From Dehalococcoidia bacterium (GTDB taxonomy: Bacteria; Chloroflexota; Dehalococcoidia; Lucifugimonadales; GCA-2712585), in the NCBI GenBank assembly GCA_034420855.1, contig DAOUKX010000021.1, forward strand, positions 1-55,824: a stretch of 55,824 bases of DNA, in the 5' to 3' direction. The notes under the pieces are model-generated. The model was not told where the DNA came from and did no database searches. It worked only from the letters and a program-made list of their open reading frames with translations. The position numbers and the translations under genes were made by a program. Positions 25,806-35,099 of this stretch are shown here, one piece after another. Each line of letters opens with the position of its first letter. The stretch's first letter is position 1.

Positions 25806-26777
25806 TTGCATGAGGCGTTTTGCGCCAGAAGGACATGGAATTTGAACGATATATCTGAGGTGCGCCTCCCGGAATCGGTTGACGAGCTCCAACAAGTTCT
25901 CCGCAAACAGCTTTACGTGGCTGACCGCGGGCTGGCGATGTCCGTCTATCTGGCGTTGAAGTTGAAGCGGCCGCTGTTCCTTGAAGGGGAGGCGGGCGTA
26001 GGCAAGACGGAGGTCGCGAGATCCCTGGCGTCCGCCTTTGGCGCTCGACTTATCCGGCTGCAGTGCTACGAAGGACTGGACGTAAATCAGGCAGTCTACG
26101 AGTGGAACTACTCTCGCCAGCTTCTTCACATCAGGATGATGGAAGCATCTGGAAGCACGGACAGGAAGGAGATTGAAAAGGAGCTGTTCAGCGAGGAATT
26201 TCTCATCAAGCGGCCCCTTCTGCAGGCCCTTGAGAGTTCGGACCGGACGGTTCTGCTGATAGACGAGCTCGACCGCGCGGACGAAGAGTTCGAGGGCTAT
26301 CTGTTGGAGATGCTCGCCGACTTCCAGATAACCATTCCTGAGGTCGGCACGTACACGGCCGAGGAACCTCCAATAGTGGTGATCACCTCCAACCGCACCC
26401 GCGAAATTCACGACGCTCTTAAACGACGCTGCCTCTACTACTGGATCGATTATCCGGACGCAGCCAAGGAAACGCAGATTGTCCGCAGCAAGATGCCGGA
26501 AGCATCCCAGAAGCTGGCAGGGCAGGTGACGGCCTTCGTTCAGGAGCTGCGATCGACGGAGCTGTACAAGATTCCCGGGGTCTCAGAGACGCTGGACTGG
26601 ACGGCGGCCCTGATTAGCCTCAACGAAAATGAGTTAACGCCCTCGGTGATTGACGACACCCTCGGTGTAATGCTGAAGTACCGGGAGGACCTGGAGGCCA
26701 CCCGTGGCGAGCAGACTCGCGCCCTGGTGAATCGCGCGCTGAATCCCGGTACTCGCCGTGGGAGACGGCGTGGGTAA
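25806..26777 (+). CDS. MoxR-type AAA+ ATPase (CoxD-like)
   Basis: 323 aa. Walker A LEGEAGVGKTEVA, LIRLQCYEGLD, Walker B LLIDELDRA. The TTG start is uncertain; another TTG at 25842 follows a GAAGGA. Confidence 0.85.
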   Translation: MHEAFCARRTWNLNDISEVRLPESVDELQQVLRKQLYVADRGLAMSVYLALKLKRPLFLEGEAGVGKTEVARSLASAFGARLIRLQCYEGLDVNQAVYEWNYSRQLLHIRMMEASGSTDRKEIEKELFSEEFLIKRPLLQALESSDRTVLLIDELDRADEEFEGYLLEMLADFQITIPEVGTYTAEEPPIVVITSNRTREIHDALKRRCLYYWIDYPDAAKETQIVRSKMPEASQKLAGQVTAFVQELRSTELYKIPGVSETLDWTAALISLNENELTPSVIDDTLGVMLKYREDLEATRGEQTRALVNRALNPGTRRGRRRG

Positions 26778-28068
26778 GGGCGTAGACGGACATTTCCTGA
26801 ACAACCTTCTCCTCTTTGGCCGCCTACTGAGGCGTCTTGGCTTGGACGTACACACGGGACGCATGCTCGACGCAATCCGAGTCCTGGAGGACATCGGAAT
26901 TCATCGCCGCATGGACGTGCGGGCGGCGCTGAGGACCCTGATGGTACATCGCAGGGAGGACCTGGCGGTTTTTGACGAGGCATTCGCCGTGTTCTGGCGT
27001 CAGAGAAAGGACCGTCTGTCTTCGCTGGATCTGCGGTCAATGGGTGAACAGCGCAGGTATCGACGAATAGAGGCGGGGCCGCCCCCTCCCAACGGTTTTG
27101 GTCAGAGTCAACCTGATTCCAACGGGTCCCCCGACCGAATTGACCTGTCGAGGACCTTTAGTGCCAGAGAGGTCCTGCAAGCGAAGGACTTTAATGAGTT
27201 CACCCCTCAGGAGGCTAGACAAGCGAGGCGGATGCTGGCGTCGCTCCACTGGAATCCCGGCGTCAGGCGCACCCGCCGCAAGGAACCCGGCAAGGGTGCG
27301 GAGTTGGACGTGCGGAGGAGCTTGCAACGCAACGTAAAGTTCGGCGGCGAGATGCTGCAATTGCAGAACAGGCGCAGGAAGGAAAAGCCCCGCAGGCTTG
27401 TGGTCATCTGCGACGTCAGCGGCTCCATGGAAAGCTACACGCGCATGCTCCTTCACTTCATTCACAGCCTCTATGCAGGATTGGAGAGCAAGATAGAGGC
27501 GTTTCTGTTCGCCACCAGGCTTACACGCATCACCAGGCAGCTGGCCAATCGAGACATAGACCAGGCTGTGGATAGCGTAGCAAAGGCCGTACCTGACTGG
27601 TCGGGGGGCACGCGCATCGGCTCGGCGTTGAAGGAGTTCAATTTCAAGTGGGCGCGCAGGACCCTGACCTGGGGTTCCATAGTGTTGATTGTGTCGGATG
27701 GATGGGACCGGGGAGATCCGGAAGTCCTGGGAAGCGAGATGCACCGCCTACAACGCAGTTGCCGGCGTTTGATCTGGCTGAACCCACTGGCCGGACGAGA
27801 AGGATACGAATCCCTGACCCGGGGAATGCTGGCAGCCGAACCCTACGTAGATGATCTGTTGCCGGTCCACAATCTGGCTGCGCTTATTGACCTGGCTGAG
27901 CACCTGAACGGCCTGCGGGAGGGTTGGCCGGTGCGCAGGCAGGCGCCGCGAAGCGAAACGAAAAAGGAAGAGGTTCTAACTCCAGCGACGCAGGTCCAGC
28001 GATCGTGGCACAAGGGGGCCAATCCCACCTTCCGCCATCCGATGTGGGGACGGGGTCAGCAGAATTAG
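26758..28068 (+). CDS. VWA-domain protein (CoxE-like)
   Basis: 436 aa. VWA MIDAS-type DVSGSM motif, and LVIVSDGWDRGDP is typical of the CoxE family. Overlaps the MoxR gene end by 20 nt, consistent with coupling. Confidence 0.85.
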   Translation: MGDGVGKGVDGHFLNNLLLFGRLLRRLGLDVHTGRMLDAIRVLEDIGIHRRMDVRAALRTLMVHRREDLAVFDEAFAVFWRQRKDRLSSLDLRSMGEQRRYRRIEAGPPPPNGFGQSQPDSNGSPDRIDLSRTFSAREVLQAKDFNEFTPQEARQARRMLASLHWNPGVRRTRRKEPGKGAELDVRRSLQRNVKFGGEMLQLQNRRRKEKPRRLVVICDVSGSMESYTRMLLHFIHSLYAGLESKIEAFLFATRLTRITRQLANRDIDQAVDSVAKAVPDWSGGTRIGSALKEFNFKWARRTLTWGSIVLIVSDGWDRGDPEVLGSEMHRLQRSCRRLIWLNPLAGREGYESLTRGMLAAEPYVDDLLPVHNLAALIDLAEHLNGLREGWPVRRQAPRSETKKEEVLTPATQVQRSWHKGANPTFRHPMWGRGQQN

Positions 28069-28106
28069 AACCCTGAGAGTGGGAGACGATTTGGACTGAA
28101 GCTCCC

Positions 28107-28658
28107 CTAGCTGTCGGTGGGAGTCTCACCCTTCAATTTCAGGGGCAGTCCGGCGGCCATAAAGTAAACGATATCGGCCGCAGCCGCTATCTGTTGGTTA
28201 ACCCTGCCAAGCTCGTCGGCGTAGTGGCGGCCCAATTTGGTGGGAGAAATGACGCCCAGGCCCACCTCGTTGCTGACGATTATCCAGCAAGCACTGCCAT
28301 CTCTATAAAGGTCCAAAAGCTGTCTGACCCTTGTGGGAATATCGGGCATTGTCTCGTTTCCCGCCGATTCGCTCAGCATTAGGTTGCTGAGCCAAAGGGT
28401 GACGCATTCCAGTATAACGACGTCATAGTCGCCAATGACGGGAGATAGGGCATCAGCCAGTTCTGACGGCTCCTCCAGGGTGCCCCACTCGGTGGGACGA
28501 CTCTCTTTGTGGGCCTTGATGCGCGCCGCCATCTCCGGGTCGCCAGCCTCAGCCGTGGCCAGAAAGAGCACCCGATTGTTCCCGGTGGCGAGACGTTGGG
28601 CAAAGCTGCTCTTGCCGGACCTGACGCCACCCAGGATAAGGGTCAGATTCTTGCTCAC
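28107..28658 (-). CDS. cobU: Bifunctional adenosylcobinamide kinase / adenosylcobinamide-phosphate guanylyltransferase
   Basis: P-loop LILGGVRSGKSSFAQ. The track ORF begins at a TTG (28706) inside cobC. An in-frame GTG at 28658-28656 overlaps the cobC TGA (GTGA), which I take as the real, translationally coupled start. Confidence 0.85.
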   Translation of the reverse strand: MSKNLTLILGGVRSGKSSFAQRLATGNNRVLFLATAEAGDPEMAARIKAHKESRPTEWGTLEEPSELADALSPVIGDYDVVILECVTLWLSNLMLSESAGNETMPDIPTRVRQLLDLYRDGSACWIIVSNEVGLGVISPTKLGRHYADELGRVNQQIAAAADIVYFMAAGLPLKLKGETPTDS

Positions 28659-29290
28659 AACCCACCTTTGAGTGAGTGGGAATCCTCGGGTACTGTATGG
28701 TTCCAAAGCTCAAGGACACCGCCGGTGGAGTAGCGTCTGATTACTGACAGGCTGGCGCAGTCCACGCGAAATCGCCAATAATGCTCTTCCGGTAGATCCA
28801 GGAGGCAGAGGGCTAGTGCTCGAATGGAGCCGCCGTGGGCTGTTACAAGCACGTCATCGTCTGGACCGTGCTTCGCCGAAGCTCTTTTGTAGAATTGGCG
28901 AACTCGCCGGAGTAGCTGCACGGCGCTTTCTCCCCCGGGAGCGGCAAAATCAACGTCTCTCCGGTTGAACCGATGGGCAAAGCCGCTGGAGTCTTGAGCC
29001 TGCACCTCCTCTAAAGACAGACCCTCCCACTCGCCGTAGGAGAACTCCCGCAGGTCCGGGTCGGTTTGGACGGAAACCCCGGAGCCATTGACGAGTATCT
29101 GCGCCGTTTCGACGGCTCTGGAGAGGTCGCTGGAGTAGACGGCTGAGAAGGACAAATTGGCCAGTTCCGTCGCAAGGGACCGTACTTTCTTGCGCCCCGT
29201 TTCGGATAGAGAAACGTCTGTATGCCCTTGTATGCGATTCTTCAGGTTCCAGTGAGTGTTCCCGTGGCGTACTAGGTACCAGATGCTCAT
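28655..29290 (-). CDS. cobC: Histidine phosphatase family protein, alpha-ribazole phosphatase by context
   Basis: 211 aa. RHG catalytic motif (LVRHGNTHWN) and a later HGG. Located between cobS and cobU. Confidence 0.75.
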   Translation of the reverse strand: MSIWYLVRHGNTHWNLKNRIQGHTDVSLSETGRKKVRSLATELANLSFSAVYSSDLSRAVETAQILVNGSGVSVQTDPDLREFSYGEWEGLSLEEVQAQDSSGFAHRFNRRDVDFAAPGGESAVQLLRRVRQFYKRASAKHGPDDDVLVTAHGGSIRALALCLLDLPEEHYWRFRVDCASLSVIRRYSTGGVLELWNHTVPEDSHSLKGGL

Positions 29291-29336
29291 CTCTTACCGG
29301 CCGGGGCCGCAAATGGCAGGATTGTTGGCGTTGTGG

Positions 29337-30107
29337 CTACCACAAGCGCGCTCCCAAAAGACTGCCGACGACGGGGAAGAGAAGAGCCGCTAACAATAGC
29401 ACGGACACCTCTGTCACCTCGTTGATGGCGCCGTATGTATCCCCTGTCATTCCACCGATCAGCCTTGAAATCCACAATCCGAAGGCAAGTGCAATCGTCA
29501 ATGAAGCTGTAAGAAGGATCAGCCCCCCGCCGCCCATAAGTAGGACTGCAACCGCTGCGGCAGTGATGAATCCAGCAACCCAGCGCCACCTGCTGCGGCC
29601 AAGCATTAAGGAGGTTCCCAGGCCCCGTTCCCTGACGTATGTGAAGGCCATCATGGTGGTGAGCATACCAAACCTGGAAAGGCACGGGAACAGCGCCAGC
29701 AATTCGATTCGCACGTCGAAAGGGGCGCTGGTAAGCAGGGTCCATTTCAGCAAAAGTAGGCTGGCCCCGCCGACAACGGCAAATGCGCCCACGTGGGAGT
29801 CGCGAAGAATCTTGAGTCTTTGCGCCCTATTCTTGCCCCCCAGAAGCCCGTCGCAGCTATCGAGGAAACCCTCGACGTGGATTGCCCGGGTTGCGATGAG
29901 AGACGCCGCGAGTAGCATCGCGCCCACCACGGGCAGAGGCAGTCCTTCTCTTGCAGCAACGTCGAGTCCGGCCAGTATTCCGCCCAACGCCAGCCCCACC
30001 AGTGGAAAGAAGGCTGCGGCCGATGCCGTGGGAGCTTTCCCACGCGGCCCGACCGGAAGAATCGTCAGGAATGCGAATGCGTGGCGGAGATCCGTTATGA
30101 TTCGCAC
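29337..30107 (-). CDS. cobS: Adenosylcobinamide-GDP ribazoletransferase (cobalamin synthase)
   Basis: 256 aa, polytopic membrane protein. The N-terminus ...AFAFLTILPV is typical of CobS. Overlaps the cobT end by 13 nt. Confidence 0.85.
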   Translation of the reverse strand: MRIITDLRHAFAFLTILPVGPRGKAPTASAAAFFPLVGLALGGILAGLDVAAREGLPLPVVGAMLLAASLIATRAIHVEGFLDSCDGLLGGKNRAQRLKILRDSHVGAFAVVGGASLLLLKWTLLTSAPFDVRIELLALFPCLSRFGMLTTMMAFTYVRERGLGTSLMLGRSRWRWVAGFITAAAVAVLLMGGGGLILLTASLTIALAFGLWISRLIGGMTGDTYGAINEVTEVSVLLLAALLFPVVGSLLGARLW

Positions 30108-31174
30108 GGGGAATTGGACTCCGTAGGGCGGTTTGATACGCTGGCGTCCTGAAATGTCGCCATGCCGTTGAGACAGGCCGCGGATGCTTCGATCAATGGC
30201 ATGGCCAGCGCAGCCCCGGTACCCTCGCCAAGTCTCATGTCTAAGTTCAACAGCGGCTTTAGCCCGAGATAAGACAAGACAACCCTATGTCCCAACTCTG
30301 CGGATTGATGGGCGGCGATCATGTAGTCCGTAGCTGTTGGGCATAGGCTGTATGCAATGAGCGCCGCCGCACCAGAGATGAACCCGTCCAACACCACAGG
30401 CCGACGGGCAAAGGCGCCTCCGAGTACCACGCCTGCGAGGACGCCTATCTCGTATCCTCCAACCTTTGCCAGGACGTCCAGTCCGTCGTTGGGGTTGGGT
30501 TTGTTGATGTTTAGAGCCTGTTGGACGACGGCTATCTTCCGGTCCAGTTCTTCGTCCGTTCGCCCGGTGCCGCGACCTGTAGTCTCGCGGGGTGACCGTC
30601 CTGTGATTGTGGAGGCGATGGCACTGGATGGGGTGGTGTTTCCGATGCCCATGTCGCCGGTGCCGAGGACGTCAGTGCCAGACTCAGCTGCTTCCAAGGC
30701 CAGTTGAACTCCTGCCATAACTATCCCCTCAGCGTCACTATGGCCCATGGCGGGCCCTCGGCTGATATCTCCCGTAGGGTGTCCTTTGCCGACGACTTGC
30801 AGATTGGGATGAGGTGGCAGAGGAGTGCCAACGCCCGCGTCGACAATAACCAGATTGACGCCCGTTTTTTGAGCAATTACGTTGATGGCTGCACCACCGG
30901 CCAGGAAGTTCAACACCATCTGCGATGTGACTGACTGGGGGTAGTCAGTGACGTTTTGGGCCGTGACTCCGTGGTCGCCTGCGGCAACTATGACGGTCTT
31001 TCGCCTTACCGAGGGGCGCTCCGTGCCGAAGATGCCCGCCAGCTGGATTGATAGCTCTTCCAGGCGTCCTAGACTCCCGGGAGGCTTGGTCAACTGATCC
31101 TGACGTTCGGCGGAACACCGCATGATGCCAGAGTCAATGGGCTTTATACCGACAATGACCTCATCAAGGGTCAT
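30095..31174 (-). CDS. cobT: Nicotinate-nucleotide--dimethylbenzimidazole phosphoribosyltransferase
   Basis: 359 aa. LTKPPGSLGRLEELSIQLAGI, GDMGIGNTT and LGEGTGAALA motifs are typical of CobT. Confidence 0.9.
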   Translation of the reverse strand: MTLDEVIVGIKPIDSGIMRCSAERQDQLTKPPGSLGRLEELSIQLAGIFGTERPSVRRKTVIVAAGDHGVTAQNVTDYPQSVTSQMVLNFLAGGAAINVIAQKTGVNLVIVDAGVGTPLPPHPNLQVVGKGHPTGDISRGPAMGHSDAEGIVMAGVQLALEAAESGTDVLGTGDMGIGNTTPSSAIASTITGRSPRETTGRGTGRTDEELDRKIAVVQQALNINKPNPNDGLDVLAKVGGYEIGVLAGVVLGGAFARRPVVLDGFISGAAALIAYSLCPTATDYMIAAHQSAELGHRVVLSYLGLKPLLNLDMRLGEGTGAALAMPLIEASAACLNGMATFQDASVSNRPTESNSPCES

Positions 31175-31176
31175 AG

Positions 31177-31752
31177 TCAGAACTCAATCCCCTGTTGTGC
31201 TCGGATGCCCTTCTCCTGGTATGGATGCTTGATGAGTTTCATCTCCGTTACAAGATCGGCGCAGTCGATTAGTTCCTGGGGCGCGTACCGGCCCGTTATG
31301 ATGATATGCAGGTCATCGGGCCGCCGCTGGAGGGTATCGATTGCATCCGCAACAGGGACCCAGCCGTAGTGGAGGGCATACGTGAACTCGTCCAGGACGA
31401 TTATGTCTTCTTCGCCTCCCAGGATGGCCTCCTTACATCTGCTCCACTGTTCCACCGCGAGAGCCTCCGTCCTGTCCATATCCTTGGATAGCCACGTAAA
31501 GCCGTCCCCCAGGGATTCGATGGGAATGTTCATCTTTTTTGCGGCTCGCTGTTCGCCGAACCGGGCGCCTGTGTGCTTGATGAACTGAAACATCCTGATG
31601 CGAAAATCCCTTCCCCAAGCGCGGAATATGACGCCCAGGGCCGCCGTGGTCTTTCCCTTGCCCTCGCCGGTGTTTACTATCACCAGTCCTTGTCGGACCT
31701 TTGGCCTTCGGGGTGCCCGGGGGGAGGATTTGCCGTTGCCAGACTTAATCAT
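31177..31752 (-). CDS. cobO: Cob(I)yrinic acid a,c-diamide (corrinoid) adenosyltransferase
   Basis: 191 aa. GLVIVNTGEGKGKTTAALG and ILDEFTYAL are typical of the CobA/CobO/BtuR family. Confidence 0.9.
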   Translation of the reverse strand: MIKSGNGKSSPRAPRRPKVRQGLVIVNTGEGKGKTTAALGVIFRAWGRDFRIRMFQFIKHTGARFGEQRAAKKMNIPIESLGDGFTWLSKDMDRTEALAVEQWSRCKEAILGGEEDIIVLDEFTYALHYGWVPVADAIDTLQRRPDDLHIIITGRYAPQELIDCADLVTEMKLIKHPYQEKGIRAQQGIEF

Positions 31753-32594
31753 CTCACACCTTCTTTTGCAATTGGGATGTCACGGGGCTGCGCAGCCCCG
31801 TTTGCAGGCCCTATGAGACTCACGGTCATGGAGTCGGTAATAGGGTCCCGATAGACCACAGCCTTCACCTTGAAGACCGCTTCTATCAACTCGGGATTGA
31901 GTACTTCTTCTGGCGGCCCGGTGGCAATGATTTTCCCTCCGGACATCACCGCCAATCTGTCGCTATAACGCGCGGCCATTGAGAGGTCATGGAATGCGGC
32001 AACGGCAGTCAATCCCTCGTCCACCAACTTTCGAACAAGATCCAACACCATGAGTTGGTGCAGCACATCCAGGTTGGATGTTGGCTCATCAAGGAGAAGA
32101 ATGCGGGGCTGCTGTGCAAGGGCGCGAGCAACGAAAACCCGCTGTCTCTCACCCCCTGACAGAGTGTCCAGAGTCCTGTTGGCAAACCGGTCCGTCTCAG
32201 TCATTGCCATGGCGTCTCGGGCAATTTGCTCATCCGCGTTACCCTCAACTTGAAAGCGGCCTAGATGGGGGTAGCGGCCCATAAGCACCAGCTCCATGGA
32301 GGTGAATCCGTGGGTGTATGGAGCAATCTGGGGGACCAGGGCGAGCCCGGCCGCCACGTCCTTGGCAGTCAAGCCTGCAATGTCCTTGCCCTCAAGGGTC
32401 ACTGCGCCGTCCTGACAGCGTATGATGCCGGATATGGCGCGTAAGAGCGTCGACTTTCCTGCGCCGTTGGGCCCTATCAGCCCGACCATCTCGCCCTTGT
32501 CGATGTGGAGGTTCACCCCATCCAATAACCACCGGGCCTCGACCTTGTAGGCCAGGTCTTGAGCCGAGACTGCCTGTTCTTTGTGATTGTTCAC
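31749..32594 (-). CDS. ABC transporter ATP-binding protein, iron-siderophore/cobalamin (FepC/BtuD) type
   Basis: 281 aa. Walker A GPNGAGKSTLL, signature LSGGERQRV, Walker B LLLDEPTSNLD. A 4-nt ATGA overlap with cobO. Confidence 0.9.
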   Translation of the reverse strand: MNNHKEQAVSAQDLAYKVEARWLLDGVNLHIDKGEMVGLIGPNGAGKSTLLRAISGIIRCQDGAVTLEGKDIAGLTAKDVAAGLALVPQIAPYTHGFTSMELVLMGRYPHLGRFQVEGNADEQIARDAMAMTETDRFANRTLDTLSGGERQRVFVARALAQQPRILLLDEPTSNLDVLHQLMVLDLVRKLVDEGLTAVAAFHDLSMAARYSDRLAVMSGGKIIATGPPEEVLNPELIEAVFKVKAVVYRDPITDSMTVSLIGPANGAAQPRDIPIAKEGVR

Positions 32595-32600
32595 TTTTCG

Positions 32601-33962
32601 CTACTCCGGCAGGCTGAAGTTAGGGGAGGGTGCATCTGAAAATGCATCGGGCCAAAGTAATCTCACCAAGTCCTCAGCGCCTCTGATGTTCCAGTATGAG
32701 AGGGTGGTGAAGTGCTTGCTCTCCACCACGTAGACCTGACTCTCTCTGATTGCGGGAACATTGGCCAGCGCCTCGTTAGCCAGCAGGCTCGCTTTGAACT
32801 CTTCAGCGCCGAATGCGACGGGCTGGGGAATGATAATGACCTGGGGGTCCATGGCGATGACACCCTCCAGGCTTGTTATCTGATTCCCCTCTATCCCAGC
32901 GTCTTCAGCGGCATTGATGCCGCCGGCAGCAACTATGACGCCACCCTCCGTGGAGTTTTTGCCGGCTGTCCACAGGTTATCGGAATACTTGGTCAGTGCC
33001 AACACCCTGGGCTTGGGATCCGCCGCAGCGGTCACTTCTACGAGCGATTCGTACCGCTCCCGCACCTCCGCTGCAAACTCTAAAGCCCGTTCTTCCTCAC
33101 CGAGGATGTAGCCCATGAAGAGGATGTTGTTGATCCTTGCCTTGGGGCCTTGTATGAGGTCCGTCTGAATCGCCGGAATACCCACGGAAGTCAAGGCCTG
33201 TATTGCGTCTGCGGGGAAGAAGGGACTGGTGACCAGCACGTCCGGGTCCTGAGCGATTATTACCTCCGGGTCCCTGCTGATTTCCGGCTTGTCCTGCAGC
33301 AGTGAGGCCACGTTCGAATAGGTTGCGTTCTTTGTGGCGCTCCCCACAGCAACCAGGCGCTCAATTGGGACCAGGGCAAGGACCATTTCGTCGTGGCCAA
33401 CCGACGCGGTTATGATCTTATGGGGCTTTACCAGAATGCTTACAATTCCGTTCAGCCCCTCCACCTCACGGGGCCATCCGAGGTTTGTCGGGTCCACAAT
33501 ACCCGGTATCCCGGACAGGGCCGCGATGACAGGGTCAGGTGTTGGTTCCGGCGTGGGGGTTGGCACGGGCTCCGGCGTGGCCGCAGGAGCAGGCGCAGGC
33601 GTCGGCGCGGGTGTTGGGACAGGCGTTGCCGCAGGAGTCGGTGTGGTTGCCGCAGTCGGTGTGGGTGTAGGACCAGGTGTTTCAGCGGGCGTTGGCACAG
33701 CCGTCGGAGCCGGCGTGGCGGTGGGTGCAGGCGTCGCAGTAGGCGTTGGCCTCACCGTGGGTGCAGGCATGGCGGTAGGGGCCGGTGTGGCTGCGGGCGC
33801 AGGCGCCACAGTTGGGGCTTGGGTCGCTGTTGGCGCCGGGGTGGGTGCCGGTGTAGTAGTTTCTGAAGAACAAGCCACCAGCGAAATTGCTAACAGGCTG
33901 GCAAGCAAAAGCGGGATGACGGAAATTCGAAGAATTGACATGGAAGCTCCTTTCAGATGCAT
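32601..33962 (-). CDS. Periplasmic-binding-protein (BtuF/FhuD class) lipoprotein with a long Pro/Thr/Ala-rich tether
   Basis: 453 aa. Lipobox LVAC, a low-complexity linker of about 110 aa, then a class III PBP-like domain (KIITASVGHDEMVLAL ... DPDVLVTS ... PQVIIIP). The start may be the second ATG (33941). Confidence 0.8.
   Translation of the reverse strand: MHLKGASMSILRISVIPLLLASLLAISLVACSSETTTPAPTPAPTATQAPTVAPAPAATPAPTAMPAPTVRPTPTATPAPTATPAPTAVPTPAETPGPTPTPTAATTPTPAATPVPTPAPTPAPAPAATPEPVPTPTPEPTPDPVIAALSGIPGIVDPTNLGWPREVEGLNGIVSILVKPHKIITASVGHDEMVLALVPIERLVAVGSATKNATYSNVASLLQDKPEISRDPEVIIAQDPDVLVTSPFFPADAIQALTSVGIPAIQTDLIQGPKARINNILFMGYILGEEERALEFAAEVRERYESLVEVTAAADPKPRVLALTKYSDNLWTAGKNSTEGGVIVAAGGINAAEDAGIEGNQITSLEGVIAMDPQVIIIPQPVAFGAEEFKASLLANEALANVPAIRESQVYVVESKHFTTLSYWNIRGAEDLVRLLWPDAFSDAPSPNFSLPE
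33534..33866 (-). repeat. Low-complexity coding repeat (Pro/Thr/Ala-rich linker) inside CDS 32601-33962
   Basis: Translation runs [106 protein letters not shown]. The plus strand shows mirror-image G/V/A-rich shadow ORFs. Confidence 0.9.
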
Positions 33963-33966
33963 TGTT

Positions 33967-35061
33967 TCATAGCGAGTATGCTTTATGTTTGTTCTTGATT
34001 AGCAGGAAGATGAAGAACGGTGCGCCAACAAAGGCGGTAAGAATGCCAACCCGTAGCTCTGCGGGCTGAATAACTGTCCTGGCCACGGTGTCAGCCAGGA
34101 TGACGAACATGCCTCCACCAAGAGCGCTCATGGGGATAAGCACACGGTGGTCGGGCCCCAGCAACAGTCTCAGCACGTGGGGAGTGACAAGGCCCACAAA
34201 GGCGATGGTCCCACTTACTGCAACGGCTGCTCCAGTCGCCATTGCTGCTGCTGACAGCAGAATTATTCGCGCCGGGCCAACGCGAACGCCCATAGAGCGC
34301 GCTTCATCGTCCCCCAGCATCAGCAGGTTGAGGTCTCTGGTCATCAGCAGAATGACGCCTAATCCACCGATTATGAATGGCGCTGCAATTCGGACGTGCT
34401 CCCAGGCCCGGGAGTCGAGGCCTCCGGCGAGCCAAAACAGGATTTCTCTCATGGCTGCATTGTCAGGCAAGAAAATGATGATGGCGGAGATCACTGCTCC
34501 AAGAAAGGCGTTGACTGCCACGCCCGCCAGAAGCAGTGTTGCCATGGAGAATCTTCCGCCCACTGCAGCGATGCCGTAGACCAGAAATGAAGCAGCCATG
34601 GCCCCGGCGAAGGCAAAAAGGGGCAGGGCAAGGAAGAAGAGACCTGTCGCGCCGGTGGCTATTGTCACCACCGCGCCCAAGGCTCCGCCGGCAGAGACGC
34701 CGATGATGCCGGGGTCGGCCATTGGGTTTCGGAACAGCCCCTGCATGGTCGCTCCCGCAACACCGAGGGCCATTCCCACAATGCCGCCAACGATTATCCG
34801 GGGAAGGCGGATTTGCTGGATAACCAACTCGTCAGTACGCCCGAACTCGACCAGGTCAAGTCCTACGTACGAAAATACTATGGAGGCCACGTGAGCGGCG
34901 GGGATCTCCACAGGTCCCATGCTCAGGGAAAGAAGGGCCGTACCCAGAAGCAGCAGTCCAAGGACTGCAGAGCCAAAGGCAAGCCGCGCCGTTACCCCCC
35001 ATTGCCTGTAGGACGACAGTCTTGACGATTCGACTGCCTTTAACAAAAACACCTCCGGCAT
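33967..35061 (-). CDS. FecCD-family ABC permease (BtuC-like)
   Basis: 364 aa with about 9-10 TM helices. GPDHRVLIPMSALGGGMFVILADTVAR is typical of the FecCD/BtuC family. Confidence 0.9.
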   Translation of the reverse strand: MPEVFLLKAVESSRLSSYRQWGVTARLAFGSAVLGLLLLGTALLSLSMGPVEIPAAHVASIVFSYVGLDLVEFGRTDELVIQQIRLPRIIVGGIVGMALGVAGATMQGLFRNPMADPGIIGVSAGGALGAVVTIATGATGLFFLALPLFAFAGAMAASFLVYGIAAVGGRFSMATLLLAGVAVNAFLGAVISAIIIFLPDNAAMREILFWLAGGLDSRAWEHVRIAAPFIIGGLGVILLMTRDLNLLMLGDDEARSMGVRVGPARIILLSAAAMATGAAVAVSGTIAFVGLVTPHVLRLLLGPDHRVLIPMSALGGGMFVILADTVARTVIQPAELRVGILTAFVGAPFFIFLLIKNKHKAYSL

Positions 35062-35099
35062 CTCTCCGCCGGAGGCCTTGGTGTCGCTCTATTCGGGTT

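Noticed and set aside
25806-28068. The MoxR AAA+ ATPase + VWA protein pair, considered as an independent novel or defence-like two-gene system
   Set aside because: They sit directly downstream of coxSLM-like genes and carry CoxD/CoxE-type motifs (LIRLQCYEGLD; DVSGSM ... SDGWDRGDP). They are best explained as accessory or maturation genes of the Mo hydroxylase.
33534-33866. Repetitive DNA here and at 54058-54594, considered as a possible CRISPR array or non-coding tandem repeat
   Set aside because: The repeats are short, degenerate and fully in frame within long ORFs. There is no repeat-spacer periodicity and there are no cas genes.
33334-33972. Plus-strand ORFs of 212 aa (33334-33972) and 157 aa (33393-33866), with extremely Gly/Val/Ala-rich or Arg/Cys/Gly-rich products
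   Set aside because: They are antisense shadows of the Pro/Thr/Ala-rich linker of the BtuF-like gene (CCN/ACN/GCN codons read backwards). They have no RBS and pure low-complexity composition.
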